Source: Octopus sinensis
Lineage: Eukaryota
Assembly: GCF_006345805.1 (NCBI RefSeq)
Contig: NC_043005.1
Location: forward strand, 31,062,001-31,126,000
Direction of reading: 5' to 3'
Length of the DNA stretch: 64,000 bases
Shown: in pieces, positions 36,432 to 50,777 of the stretch
How positions within the stretch are numbered: position 1 is the first letter of the stretch
How the letters are laid out: the number at the start of each line of letters is the position of its first letter
Program-made: the position numbers and the translations under genes
Notes under the pieces: generated by a model
Databases searched by the model: none
Told to the model about the DNA's origin: nothing
Seen by the model: only the letters and a program-made list of their open reading frames with translations

Positions 36432-36706
36432 ACTATTATTCTTCCTTTCTTTTTATTATTTTCATTATTACTAGATCTTTATGGCTCTTACACCAAAATT
36501 ATTATCCACTAGTCCCTTGTGACATGAAACTGGCAGTTGTGGGATCACTCATTATTGTCCACATAATCCTTCTTCTTCTTTGTAACTATTTATAAAGCGA
36601 ATTGGACATGCATTATAACTTATCTAAATATAGCTATCTGCAAAGAAAAAGAAAGAGAAAAGCAGTGGGGTATACAAGAAATACAAGACATACATAGTAC
36701 TTATGT
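36432..36706 (+). repeat. 274-bp direct repeat, copy B
   Basis: Matches 28280-28553. Confidence 0.9.
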
Positions 36707-37002
36707 CCAGCTTTGAATTAATATAATGTACTCTTGACTCTGTATATCTGCATTTAGGTATTAATATGTGTACGTTTTTCTACATTGTAATTATCACAAT
36801 ATTAAGCTGAATAACTGTAACGTTGGATGTGGAACATATATATGTTTATTGATCTATATTATTTACATTATTTATATCATTATGTACATGTATATTTATA
36901 TGTATAGGAGTGTGAGTATATGCACTCATATGTATATGCATATGTTTTATTATGGGTATGTACCCACACCTATATAAATGTGTATGTAATCTGATTTGTA
37001 TC

Positions 37003-37100
37003 ACATAATCTCCGAAGAGGCCTTAGGATATTTTTGTAAATGTCTCATTTATAACTACGAGACATACTTATCTGCATGGCCGAAACAGCTGTAAGATGTA
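37003..37100 (+). ncRNA. Hammerhead-like motif with a non-canonical core (CCGAAGA), probably a solo PLE pLTR
   Basis: CCGAAGA 37012-37018; GGCC/GGCC stem II enclosing a TGTCTC/GAGACA hairpin; GAAA 37082-37085; palindromic CAGCTG; GTA 37091-37093; ATCT/AGAT stem I; the region ends in (TA)n at about 37329. Confidence 0.6.
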
Positions 37101-37325
37101 GTCTATATCTATAATTATATTTACTTATTTTTATATTATCTTATACATATTGTACTTACTGTATAACATTACTCCTTTATGTACACTCCTTTATGTACAC
37201 TATGTTGTTCTACTTTATTATGTTTGTCCTAACAGTTTCTTATGTAGTGGTTTAATAAAGTATGTGATTGAGAATTATCTGGTAATCGATATTTGATTTA
37301 GATGTATTTCTCCATTTTCTTATTT

Positions 37326-37394
<69 letters not shown>

Positions 37395-39494
37395 CCACCT
37401 TTTATCAATTTAGAATGAACAATTAAATTACACTATCTAGAAAATTACATATAATAGAAATATTAAATATAAAATAACAATAATATACCGATTATTAAGT
37501 AATGTGCAAAATAATAAATAAAACGTATATATTTGGAGTGTCTACCCTTTAAGCAAAATTTGTTCTACAATACATTTCAACGCTTCAAAAACAAACTAAT
37601 GTTTGTTTATATATGACGTAATCTATATGACATCTAGCGTTTCTGGATGACTATGGACTAAATTATAATGGAGTTATTTCCTGCTTCAAACTCAAGGTGT
37701 ACAGAAATTGTGATGTAGAAATTTTACATTGTTCGTACTCTTAAATGTATTTTCCGTTGACATGTAATTTCTATCTAATACCTTCGCTCGGTAATTTACT
37801 ACTTCTGTGATACCAATGGACAAGGTTTAATGTAATTGTGGCTGCACTAGAATGATGGGTTGCGCTAACTCTTTGGTTTAAGATTACTTTGAACAATTAA
37901 GTTAAGATGTCTTAAATACATCTATATCCAGTTCTTTCCGCCGTATTATTGAACATTTCGTAATAACTTTTGGTGGAGGATATTGTTCATTTTCAACTCT
38001 GTTAAGAAGTTTCCAGCTATATTTAAACTAAAACTCTTGCTAATAGAAGGAGTGAACCTTCATGATAATTTTTTTCTGGTTTTGTTGCTCTATGGATATT
38101 GTTAGATTAAATATTCACTTTACATGATGATGATGATGATGATGATGATGATGTTGACGTCGATGACAATTATGATGAGTATACTGATGATATTTATATT
38201 TTCTTTGATTCAACTGGCGTCCAGTTATTCCTATTGTTATTTAGTCATTATTCAACTTTAAAACACGAACACTTTGCTACTAAAGGTATTTGAGTAAACG
38301 AAACTTCTGTTTTAAGTTGTATTTGATGTTTAGTATTGTTGTTGTACATTCTAAGTTCACACCACAACAAGATTCTCATTGTTTTTCATTCCTCTAGTAA
38401 AGCGTTAATAATATTTCAATATTTAAGACAGCTCTAGTATTGGAGGAAAATCTAAGAAGAGAAAAGGTTCTGCTATCAATTAATTACAATAGTATTTTGT
38501 TATATGAAAGGAAACTATAAAAAGAACCGCTAATTTATGGTAAGTTTTTGGTAAACCAATTCTGCATCACAGACTCGTTACCAACTTCAGAAAGTTTCCT
38601 TCCTTACTTTTATCATTATATATTTGTCAATAACTTGTTAATAGACCATAGTTTAATACCTGGAAATGGGTACCCTTACACAAGAATATTTAACCTTCAA
38701 TAGTTATTTATCCTATCTTTTCAATTCTATAATTTAATTGGGGTTCTTTTTATCTACAACCTACAACTGTATGCTAATTCTGACTAAGTCTAATTTGTCT
38801 GTCCATTTTGCAACGTTACTTCTATAGTACCGGCAATACACCTATAAAAGTAACGTTCTCGTAGCTAGTCAAATTAAACTGTTATTCATATCTAAGAAAG
38901 TTACTTATTTGGGTCATATTATTCAAGGAATTTATGTCATAGTTCTGACTGGTTGAGCTGTATGTAAACAACTAGAGAGAAAACTGTTATAGGAAATATC
39001 TTAATGGGATTGTTTGTTTGCAGACGTCAATAATGGCTTTTTATGTTTTCATTTAGTTTTCGCTTTTGTTTTCTTTTATTTTGTGGAATTTTCCCCAAGT
39101 TATTTATTTTTATTGATTTCTAGATCCTATCCTTTCTATCATTTAGTTATTAGCTATTAACTTTAAAATTATTTTTGATTTATATTGGTTTGTGTGCGCA
39201 GTTGTATTTATATTTTTGTTGTCTGTTTTGTGACGTTTTTGCTTTTGGAGATAGTAGAAGTAGCGATGGTTGTAGTAAGTGATTGTAGTAAAAGTAGTAG
39301 CAGCAGTAATAGTAGTTGTAGTTGTGGTGGTGATGTTGTTGGTGGTAGTGGTGGGGATTAATGTTGTTGATTTGTCTATTTTCAGAAATCGAATGTACAG
39401 TGATGCAGGAAAATTGTTGACGCTTTAAAAGGGTTATGATTGTCTACTATATCACAAACAAATATTTCTTATAAATAGAAACGACATAGACATG

Positions 39495-39495
39495 C

Positions 39496-39526
<31 letters not shown>

Positions 39527-39700
39527 TGTATGTATGTATGTATGTATGTATGTATGTATGTATGTATGTATGTATGTATGTATGTATGTATGTATGTATG
39601 TATGTATGTATGTATGTATGTATGTGTAGGTATATGTATGCTTGTATGTATGTGTGTGTATGTATGCATGCATGCATGTGTGTGTGTGTGTATGTGAGTC

Positions 39701-39788
<88 letters not shown>
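39495..39788. repeat. (TATG)n followed by (GA)n microsatellites
   Basis: Direct reading. Confidence 0.95.
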
Positions 39789-39793
<5 letters not shown>

Positions 39794-40459
39794 GAATATG
39801 AAGTGGGAAAAGATAGATAATGGTTTCCGCGTACATTCCAACAAAAACAGCAGAGGTTGCTGGTTTAATACATTGCAAGAAATGAGTATCTGGTGCGTTT
39901 AAGATAGTAGCAGCAACAAGTTGAATGAATGATTATATATTTTCCTTTACCAAACCACCCGGCCAATAGTCAGAATATTTAAAAAAAATAAAATTATATT
40001 CTATAAAGTCTTTTAAACTATTTTTGTTTTTTTGCACTGACTACTTTCAAATTATAATCATTTCAGTTACACGGTAAATAGTGTACAGGAAGACTCAAAT
40101 ATCATAGGTTATCAAGTACTAAAGTAAAGCCGGATATATATTTTCATCATATCGAAATATTCTAGAAATGTATCGCATCTTAGCGAACCTTTTCATTCAA
40201 ATCAACAAAACCACAGTTTCAAAGTGGAAGACGTAATTATAATCGTATTTCAGATGCCATGGAATTTAATAAGTTTATAACTCTATGCGTTTCTTGAAAA
40301 GGGGGAAATGACTCTACTTGTAGGTAAAAGTAGGTAAAAGAGATAACTTTCTCAATTCGGAACGATGAGAATAAACTGATTAATGTTGAGTACGTGACTC
40401 TGGAGATTAGTATATTAGAACATGCCTAAAATAAGTCTATTTTCTGAGTGAAACATTCT

Positions 40460-41020
40460 AAGGAATATTTATTTTCGCTTAAATGCGGATGTTCTGTTAG
40501 TACAAACTTTATTGCGTCATTTACCATGAGAGAAACTCTCATACAGGATTTTAGTGCAGAATGAACGCTTGTTTGTTTATATCGCCAGCTTCCAACCAAC
40601 TCCAGCGCCGAGGTCACCAGTTCCCGTGATTTCGATCTTCCTTGATCTCCTCGGTGATAGATGCTCGGCCGGAGTGTCGCTAATATATATATTATCAAGC
40701 TAACTGTCTAATCGCAACACTAGTGCCTATTCTGGTACTGATTTTCTATATATCGCTAACGGAGAGATAAGTCACTGCTATCTCTAGTGTCTATCACCAA
40801 GGAGATCAAGAATGATCGAAATCACGTTTTCTTGTGGTCTCGGCGCTAGAGTTGATGGAAAGTTATCTTCCCACTCGTGATATAAACGAACAAGCTTGAT
40901 ATAAACAAACAAGCCTACATCAGAGTTTCCCTCATGGTAAATACCGCAGTAGAGTTTGTTCTAACAGAACATCCACACTTAAGTGGGAATAAATATTTCC
41001 TCTCAATACTAATGCTGCCT
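40460..41020. mobile_element. Palindromic MITE/foldback-like element with arms of about 200 bp
   Basis: 40461-40665 is an imperfect inverted copy of 40787-41000 (for example cttgatctcctcggtgataga / tctatcaccaaggagatcaag). Confidence 0.75.
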
Positions 41021-42759
41021 CTGTCACGAATATATATATTAACAAGCTAACTCTAAGGAATATTTTGTATGAACATTAGAAAAAGAAAGTTTTAACACGT
41101 GATGAGCTCAAAAGGCAACAAATTTATAGGTTGTTATGGAAACAGATAAATAACAGTCTACTGATATCCATCGTTTATAGGTTAATATATGAGATAGTCC
41201 CAGAAAAATCTTTTGCGGCAGGAATTGGCAGCGCACACTTAAATATAGGATGGCACAAATTTTGACAGATATCATAGTCATCACGCAGTTCTTCACAAAA
41301 GCTATTATATGTTATTAAGAAGTTAATTGTTCTCAACCTATATCTTGATTTATATCTAGTTCACAAAGTATGTGAAATATTTCTGCACGAAAGCCATTAT
41401 TTCGCAGAAAGTAACAACAGAACGATCCTACGGGAAGCTCTGAGTTCAACAACATTGATTTCAATATTTTCGGTGTACTTCCGATGTAGCAATAGAATTG
41501 CAGTTTCCAACCGACAGAGAATCGATTTACATCACAAATTTAAATATGCTGTATTAAATTTTTAATTATACCATTCCATCATTGATTTGAAATTTAATCC
41601 AACTAAGGAATTTCCTAATAATTGTCACGTAAATTTATGCTATAAAAATCGTTGTTCCAAAGATTTCGCAGGATACTTTTGAACGCATTGGAATGCAGTG
41701 CATTCACCATGCTGTGTTACTTTATTGTCCTTGGATTCGACATTTTGCAATACTTTAATTATTCTTGTAGAAATGTTTCTGCCTTGATAATCTAAATCTC
41801 ATTAGTTTTCTCGTTTCACTCTCAGCTTCATCCTTGCCCCCTCTCTGTAAAATTATAAAATAATACTTCAATATTTTTTCAATGCACAATATCTCAATAT
41901 CACATTGTACAAACTCAGGATTCTTTATTTACGATGGATGTTTTATCTCGGTTCTTCTGATCTAACTCTTTTAAGAGTGAGCTACATTTAAAATACAAGC
42001 AAAATACTTTTTGTTAAGTATTTTTTTATTTTCTGAATGATGCAACTTAGTAACTGTTTGCTTTTTTGTGAAAAATATTACATTAGTTGCTTATACGAAC
42101 TGTGTTAAAACACTTGATAAACAACAGTAAGCATATCTTCTTAATCTGCAGGGATTTTACATTAAATACAGATTCTAAAAACCAATATTTTCTTCAATAG
42201 AAAAATGTCAAAATTTAAAAGTGATTGTTATGTTTAGATTTGATTAAAACGACAAGTACCAAAATTATTGCTTCAATTTTAGATGAAAGCAGTAATTTAT
42301 TGAGTTTGTTTAGAAAAAAAATATAAATCTTTGGAAAAAATAATTTCCCAGTAACAAAACTTAGTGATTTAATCTTATTGATTTAATCATTATCATTCAG
42401 AATAGTATTTTACGTAGAAATTACCAAATTATGAAAATTAAAATGCAAATACATCATAAATGAAATTACAAATATTATGCCAGGGAAAAAAATACTAGTT
42501 ACAAATATTCAATATTAATTTTAAGTAATCTTTGAAGATTTATTCTTTTCTTTCGCAGTGAAAGAGTGCATGTCTCTAATATGCGTGTTAATGGTGGTCG
42601 AACATGTGGCAGAGACAGTTAAAATAACTTTTAAAACATAACATGTCCAGTTGAAATACGCGACCTGGAATGAAGTGGATACCAATTTATTGATAGCTAA
42701 CCTTGTGCAGAAGTTTGAAATCATTATTGTAGTTATAGACATATTCTTTTATTCTTATA

Positions 42760-43108
42760 TTCTTTTACTCGTTTCAGTAATTTGACTACGGTCATGCTGG
42801 AGCACCGCCTTTAGTCGAAGAAATCGACCCTAGGACTTATTTGTAAGCCTAGTACTTATTCTATCGCCCTTTTTTGCCGAACCGGTTGTCAAGCGATGGT
42901 GGGAGGGGGAAAACACAGACACACTAATACACACACACATATACGACGGGATTTTTTCAGTTTCCGTCTACCATATACACTCAAAAGGCTTTGGTTGGCT
43001 CGAGGTTATAGTAGAAGATACTTGCCCAAGGTGCCACGCAGTGGGACTGAACTCGGAACCATGTGGTTGGGATGCAAGCGTCTTACCACACAGCCACTCC
43101 TGCGCCTA
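42760..43108 (-). mobile_element. Full-length tRNA-derived SINE
   Basis: Head at 43108, internal (CA)n, tail tgctggagcaccgcc...cttttactcg; same family as 2250-2410. Confidence 0.85.
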
Positions 43109-43479
43109 CCTTGAAGAATCATACAAATACAGTTGCGAACGTCGTTTTCTATTCCGAATTAATGGCTTTTTACCCGAAGTTTACGAATTAATTACTTGTG
43201 AAACATTTTCCCTCCTTCTTACGCTTTATTTATAATGGTGGGGGGTTTAGTGCATTCATATTTATACGTAGATTATAATTTGTTACAGCAGTGGCTGAAT
43301 GACATGATGCAGCATATAGGCATGGTGTGGGAGGATAATAAGTCTGACGGGTAGATTCGAGGACAATTGCATATATTTGTAAGGTTTATACCAAGTGTTA
43401 CGAATAATTTTTGTCTTGTTTGTCTTGTTTTTACATTGTTTCAAAGTGACATCACTAGACCAGAATGTCATTAGAACAG

Positions 43480-44460
43480 AGTGCTGAAGATTTGTTAAAT
43501 TCTAAATCAATAGCAAACTTCCAAAATCTAATTTCCAAAAGTTCCACGCATGTTTGAAAAGATGTTTATTGACAATATGTTGATATTCACGTGAGCCTTG
43601 GTTTTTCATGGATCAGAGGTGAAAATTATCTTGGCTTATGTGCTCGAACCCTAGTGAATCTTCAAATTCCAATATGGTCCTAAGCAACTTACACAGTCAA
43701 AACCTGTACATCTGACAAGCAAGAATGAAGAGTAGACATGCAAAAGATCTTATTTCCAAAAGCGAATGTCAGCCTCAGATAAGATGCATACTGCATTTTA
43801 CAACAAATACCCCAACTGATTGCTCAACAGATAAATAAACATATACAATAGCTGAAAAAATAAATCAGCGTACAGTTAGTCTGATTGTGGAAATGTTTTC
43901 GGTAATACTGCTCAGCAAATGGTTACGAAGATTCTTTTTCCTGGTAATACATTTTGTAGAAATTAATATAAAGAATTGTATATCCGAAAATTTATTTATA
44001 TTCAACATTTATCAAAAACACAATCTGTTACCTGTATCAGATTAATTAAAATGATGAAACAATCCACTCGTTTCTATTTTGCAAGGAATTAAAAAAAAAC
44101 ACATCACAAGATATTTTACAAACCTTTTCTGGGCATTTAGAAAGAATTGAGATTTCGGTTCTAGATCAGACTGTGGATTGTATAAAAGAAATGGATGTCA
44201 AAACACTGAGGTTTAATTCTGTACTCGTCGATTTGCTGACTATCCATAGAAAAAAAATTCAAAACGGATTTTGAAACTGAAGAAGCTATTAAGAGAATTT
44301 TTGGAAATTGGGTTATTTGGCCGACATCTTTACTGGTTGAATATGTTCAATGCCAATGTTCAAAACTGCAATGACAATATCTACAAGATTACAATAAGCA
44401 ACTGTATTAAAAAAAAATCCTGCTAAGATGTTTTAAAACTAGCTTCATCAAAGGAATTGA
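43480..44460 (+). mobile_element. Highly degenerate hAT (Charlie/ZBED5-like) transposase remnant
   Basis: LGYLADIF..LNMFNANVQNCNDNI at about 44310-44385 resembles the hAT LAYLADIF..LN.LN..LQG motif; boundaries uncertain. Confidence 0.4.
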
Positions 44461-44689
44461 ATTGTGTGATGGGACTTATAATTAATTAAAAAGTTCAAAA
44501 ATGACTTATTTTTTTTATTATTTAAGGTAGTGAACAAAATAAATAGTTTAAGGCTAAAGTGCACAAGTGAATTGAAAAAAAACGGAGCAGTGAAAAATAC
44601 AATGATTAGAAAGAGAGTGGAGAAAAGAAATAAAAATTAGCAAAATGCATAAAATATTATGGAAATGTTTGTTGGATAAAAGTCACAAT

Positions 44690-45029
44690 CTGAGACCCCC
44701 TTCGGTCACGACACAGACCATGGGATTGCACCTAGAAAGTTACCCTCCCAGGCACAAGTCCGGGCAAGGTTGTTTATGGAAGACCAGCAGTCGCCCATGC
44801 ATACCGGCTTCCCTTCTCCACGCCACCAGTGTTATCCAAAGGAAAGGCAAAGGCCGATACAGCTTGGCACCTGTGACGTTGCAACTCATTTCTACAGCTG
44901 AGTGAACTGGAGCAACGTGAAATAAAGTCTCTTGCTCAAGAACACAACACGCAGCCCGGTCCGGGATTCGAGCTCACAACCTCACGATCGTAAGCTCGAC
45001 TCTCTGACCACCGAGCCATGCGCCTTCAC
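44690..45029 (-). mobile_element. tRNA-derived SINE (third family)
   Basis: Reverse-complement head gtgaaggcgcatggctcggtggtcag...gagctcgaatcccgg; related copy at 54665-54890. Confidence 0.8.
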
Positions 45030-46719
45030 ATAAGTCACAAAAGTCACAATAAAGTCAAGATAAAACTACAACTTAGAGTATTCCATGTTAACAGACAGGC
45101 TTTAACAGGATTTTCATTCCAAAAGAGATCTGGAATTTACGTTAACAAGATGGTTATGTGTGTGTATGCGCGCGCGCGCGTTTGTGTGAATAATTGTAGA
45201 TGCAGTTCCTAAAATAATGGGTTGTTAGATAAATTCGTTCATTTCTCGCATTTATTTTAATACTTTTTATAATATTATCCAACATGTCACTGCAACCGAA
45301 AAAGTGTAGGTCTGAACAATGTCGCCATGAACAGAAAGCTAGTAGACATACTAGACAGAGAAAGATTGCAACGAATCAGTAAACATAGTCAGTTCTAAAT
45401 TATTCAACCGAACAACTGAACAATTTGTTCAAGTTTACAGCAATGATAATGCTACTTTTGTAAACTAAACCATCCAAAACATTGCAGCCACACAAGACTC
45501 ACCACCCAAAATATGATGCTTCTTGTCTTGGAAATCACAGTCATGTCAAAGACCTCTATTGGTGCTAGTTGTTTCATTATTAAAATACTATTGAAACCAC
45601 TGGTTAACCATTTGATTTCCAAACACTTTTAGTTTCTGTGAGATTTAATTTTGCCATGATTGTCATCAAATTGAGAACCAAGACAATCGTTTGTCCCGAC
45701 ATTTTGAAGAAGGTAAAAACAGTAAGCAAACTTATAATCCTTACATCAGACGCAATGACAGTGATCTTTACCGCTTACTCATATCATTTGTAATGCAGAA
45801 AAATTCACATTACTGCAGAGTATTTTTTTTCGTTGAAATACCTAGACACCACCTGGTATTTTGTTAAGATCTTGTGTGCGCGCGCGGTAAGTGTATGTAC
45901 ATATGTGTGTATTACTATTATGTTACTTGTTGTTGGTGCTTTAGTGTTAAATCTGTCCTAACCAAGAAGACCTATGATTAGGTCTTGTACCTATGGTTAT
46001 GTATTGTAACCTCGATCATTCTATAATACGAATACAGTACTTAACGTGATATTTTAAACGGTAGACGTGATAAGGGAAGCATTTCGAATGTTCATATCGG
46101 AACTTTGTACATTCCCACCATTACCACCAGTGAAATAGATTTACTTGATGTACAGCGTGAACCTCTGTACGCTCTCACTTGATAGTGACTATTCTAGAAG
46201 ATTGCAGCTCCGAAGCGGAATGTTTAGAAACATTGTTTTCTTGATAAGGCATTGAATTCTGTGTTTGTGTTGTTGAAGATTAGATTTTCATATTCCAACT
46301 GGAGACTTGGTTTGAAGCTACTATGGCTGTAGAAAGTAATAAAGCAATAAATCTTGGTATCATATACGCAGTTATATGAATTGCTAGAAGAGAAAGTAAG
46401 TTGCCGATATTCGGAATGTGGAATATAAAGTATATTATTGTCACGCGTGAGAGACCAAACGTGAGAGAATGTGAGTCGGATGGAAAGCTCCACCCGCGCT
46501 TGTGGTAGAAAAGCAGCTTGCAAAAAATTCCATATCTTAAGCGACAGATTGAGCGTATATGCAAATAAATTATTCATGAGATATTCATACTACACTCGAG
46601 TGGAAACTTTTTTGATGTTAAGAGTGACTATAGAATCAGAATATATCCATTGGTAAATTCAGAAATGTTTACAATTTTGGAAGAATATACCAAATTGTTG
46701 TTGTGTCTAGAGAGACTCA

Positions 46720-48870
46720 TTATGTCAATATTATCAACACACGCACTGGCTTAATTCCACAAGCAGATCATATGTTGCTCTTATCTGAGAGGCACTATGT
46801 ACCACATGTCATGCCATGTGAGAGATTTCTGCATTGCAGCATTCTAAATTGTCCATCGCCCCTGTTGAGATTGCTGGATGGCTTTCACACACCTATTTCT
46901 TTTCTTCTTCACTCCTGACCTGAATCACAAAATTACTTTGGACTTTTGCTTTTGATCACCACTGCACATTGGTATTTCCCAATCCTTACTTTCCTGTCTG
47001 GATAATCCCCATTACCTCTTTGGTCTTCCGATTCTTTTCAGCATCAGCAATTGCATCCACGACTTTTCACTTCTTTCCTGTCTTTAGGCTTGGCTGCACT
47101 AATCTAACCACGCAATCTTTGGAGTTTTTGAGTATTAATTGCAATTTTGTTTTCCCTGCCTTGTACTTTTCAACCAAGGACTTGAGAGGTAATCTTAGTT
47201 TTGTCCTCTTGAAGCAGAGAGTAACATCAGTCAGACTCGGGTGTACACCAAGCTACTTTCTGGTGTACTTGTTTATTTTTGCCTCCATTGTTTTCAAAGA
47301 CGAAGTTGCATTTCATACACTAGCAGGAGCCAAAGCAACATTGGTATCAGCATATGCTGAAGAGACCAGGCCTTGTATTTGCCGGATAAAGGACGCTTGT
47401 CGATCTTGACTAGGCTCCCCTCTACTGTCTTGGAAGTTTCCTTCACTGGTTGGCGTCTTTCAGGGTCTTGTCATACCATATTCCAAAACTTTCATTGGCC
47501 ACCAACTTCGAAGCTGATAACTTTCTTCACTTTCCCTTTCCATAAGGAGGGGCTCCTAGATTTCTTGGGTTTGAAAGCCATTCTGCAACAGACCATCAAC
47601 TCGTCCAGTTGATTGAGCAGATTCCGGGTTTCTGACTCCTTGGATTCACGGATAGTAGTATCGTCCACGTAGGATTTCAAGGGTGACATCTGATATCCAC
47701 CACCAAGGTCTGCTTTGCTTTCTGCTGCTCTGAGAAGTATCTGCATCACCATTACGAAGGATATTGGTGACACTACAGAACCCATCGCAATTCCAACCTC
47801 CAAACTAGCCAGGATAATTTGGAGATTGTGTATCTCTTGGTGTTGAATCGCATCTGAAACTCCGTGAAGTAGGAATCAAGCATTTCGCGTATTGATCCTG
47901 GTAGATGATATATTGGACGTGCTTGTTGAATCATCTGATGAGGAACAGAGCCATATGCATTTGCTAGATCTTGACCAGACTACATAAAGGTCAGTCCTAT
48001 TCTCTTTTGCCTTCTGAATTGCTCCCCAGCTCATGCTCCCATGTTCAAGACATTCAGCTATCCCTGGTACATCACCCTTTTGAACGGGCATGTCCACATA
48101 ACCATTATGGTCAGTTTGAGAGCCACTATCGAGAAGAATATCTTCCTTTTGAGATCCAGGAGTGAAATTGGTCGGCATTGATTGATTCCTTTTGAGTCTT
48201 GTTCCTTTGGTATGTACAATCCATCTGCCTTCATCCATTGGCCAGTGTGAGTCTTCCATGCAACCATTTCAGAACATTTGGGCATTTCTTATACAGGAGA
48301 TATGGTATGCCATTCGATTCCGGAGCTGACCTATTCCTTGCCTTATTGGTAACGTGCCTGACTTCAGCGCGTGTTGGAGGCTTGTTGTTGAATTCCACCC
48401 CAGGACGACTTGTCTACACCAAGTTTGTTGTCTTCCTAAGGTGAGCTTCAAGAGATACTTTCGCAACATCCAGTACACCTAACCGTGTTTGATCAAAGAG
48501 GCTCCCAGCGTATTTGATCGGCTTACTGAAGAATCGGCCCTGCTCTTTTTTCCGCTTAAGTATTTTTTCCTTAAGTATTCTACTGTGATGAAGGCGCTGT
48601 GCTTTTCTTTGAGGTCTTTCCAAATATTCAACAGACCTTCCTTCTCTTCAGGACTTGAGGTCCGCAGCTGTTTCTTCAGGCATTTTTTTCTATATCTTAT
48701 GGATTCCATCTCCCTTCCCCACCTATTTTTTCTGGTTGTTTGCCTGATCTCTCCTTTAACACCAAAGTGCTCTGCAAATATTATACATCGCTTCACATTC
48801 AAGGTACCCAATTTATTGTACAATGCCTTGTAGACTTCTTTATCAAATATTTCGCAGTCCTGTGAATCCA
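46720..48870 (-). mobile_element. Degenerate Hero-like (R2 group) non-LTR retrotransposon
   Basis: EVGIAMGSVVSPISFVMVMQILLRAA, PLKSYVDDTT, RMAFKPKKSRS, LPLKSLVEKYKAGK, CRPISLL and GDVPGIAECLEH motifs. Confidence 0.75.
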
Positions 48871-49124
48871 TAATTCACGGCAATGCAAATAATATTATAT
48901 ATTGCATCAATTTTATTTTAAACAAAATAATCACATTAATATTTTTGCATTTGAAGTAAATGGTGGATAAAATTAGATCAATTTTTTAAAATCACTCACA
49001 TAATAATTCGACAGAAGTGGCCTGGTAAACAAAAAGAAGTAGTGAAGAAAATGGAAATGGACAAAATTGAGGCAACAGTTGGAACGCTGCAAGAGAAAGA
49101 AATAGTGACAACATAGCCGCGTTG

Positions 49125-49163
<39 letters not shown>

Positions 49164-49554
49164 GAAGAAAACAGAGCGAAATGTGAATATGAATATGTTT
49201 TTGTGTAAATAATGTTAAAAAGTTTCTTTATTATTTTTGTAATTATAATCATTATTTAAAAAGAAATACAAATTAAAAAAAATTCTTTTTTTTTTATTTT
49301 GCGCTGAGTACGAGAATTTATAATATACGATAACATAATATTGCGAGAGATAGAAATAGAGACAACAGAGCCGCGTTGTATAATTGGTCAAGCACATTTA
49401 GTGTTTGACCCAACAAAATGTTGGGTCGAGCTCAAATAATAATATATAGAAGAGATCCGATCGAAATATGAATATGAAGAGGCTCATGATTAAATAATGT
49501 TAAAAAGATCTTATTAATTATTATGTTATAGAACACGCACAGAGGTCTACACAA

Positions 49555-50777
49555 ATAAAATAGGCTATCTTTTGGACTGAAGGTAGCTCCTACAATATTC
49601 CAACAGGTGATAGACGCGATGTTGGCAGACTGTCAATTTGCTATTCCTTACTTTGATGACGTGTTAATCAAAAGCGAATCGCAGAATGAGCATATCGAAC
49701 ACGTGAAGTATGTCTTAAAAGAAAATAAGAATTATAGTTTCACACTCAGTGAAGAGAAGTGTGAATTTTCTTTGCCTAAAATCAAATACTTAGGTCAAAC
49801 CATAGATAAGAATGGAAGACATCCTGACCCGTCGAGGGCAGTGGCAAAGAAGAATATGCCTCCTCCAACGAATATACCGACATTACAAGTTTTCCTTGGC
49901 CTAGTAATTTACTATCAACAGTACATTCTAAACATACATAAATTGAGAGCATCATTAAATGATTTACTAAAAAAAAAAAAAAGAAGTAAAATGGAATAGG
50001 TCAATAGAGTGCCAAAACGCATTTGAACACATAGAAAATACTATTTTCTGACTTGTCACTCGTACATTTCGATTCTAGAATGGACATTGTTCTAGCATCT
50101 GATGCTTCGCAGGTATGGAATAGGAGCAGTCTTGCTATACAAGTATAACGATGGAAATATGACGCCAGTAGTTCATGCTTCACGTTCGCTGATAGCAGAA
50201 GAAAGTATAGTCAGATAGAGAAGGAGGCTCTATCGATTATTTTGGCGGTGAAAAAAATTTCACAAATTTCTATAAGGTAGTTTTTGGCCTCAGACCGACC
50301 ATCAAACATTACAATCAATTTTTGGATCAAAGAAGGAACTGCTTACCCATGCAGCAAATCGACTACTGAAGTACAATATTAAGATGCAGTATATTCCATA
50401 GAAGAAAATTGATCATGCAACTGCTTTTCGAGGATAATTCCCAAGAGTGTGGAACCGCTAGATGAGACCGTGATAGCGTCATTGCTGTCAGAAAATGAAG
50501 TAAGAAGTATTGTGTGTAATATAATTCAGGAACTGCCGGTGACAGCCCATGATATAAAAATGAAGTCCGTAGAGGATAGTTACATTACAAGAATGAAAGA
50601 AACGTTGAAAAATTAGCATAATAAAAATACAAATTTAAATAATTTCTCACTATGCGACGATGTCTTAATGTACGCGCAGAGTGTAATAGTATTAAGTGCA
50701 CTACAGAAACAAGTATTGAAACAATTCTACTGTGGGAATGGTCAGAACAAAAGTTTTAATGAAGAGCTTTGTATATT
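49555..50777 (+). mobile_element. Gypsy/Ty3 pol fragment (RT, RNase H, start of integrase)
   Basis: FGLKVAPTIFQQVID, YFDDVLI, KYLGQTI, FLGLVIYY, GIGAVL, HASRSL, SQIEKEAL motifs with frameshifts. Confidence 0.85.

Noticed and set aside
46224-46577. 117-aa minus-strand ORF in unique DNA
   Set aside because: No domain motif or splice evidence; the length is within chance expectation.
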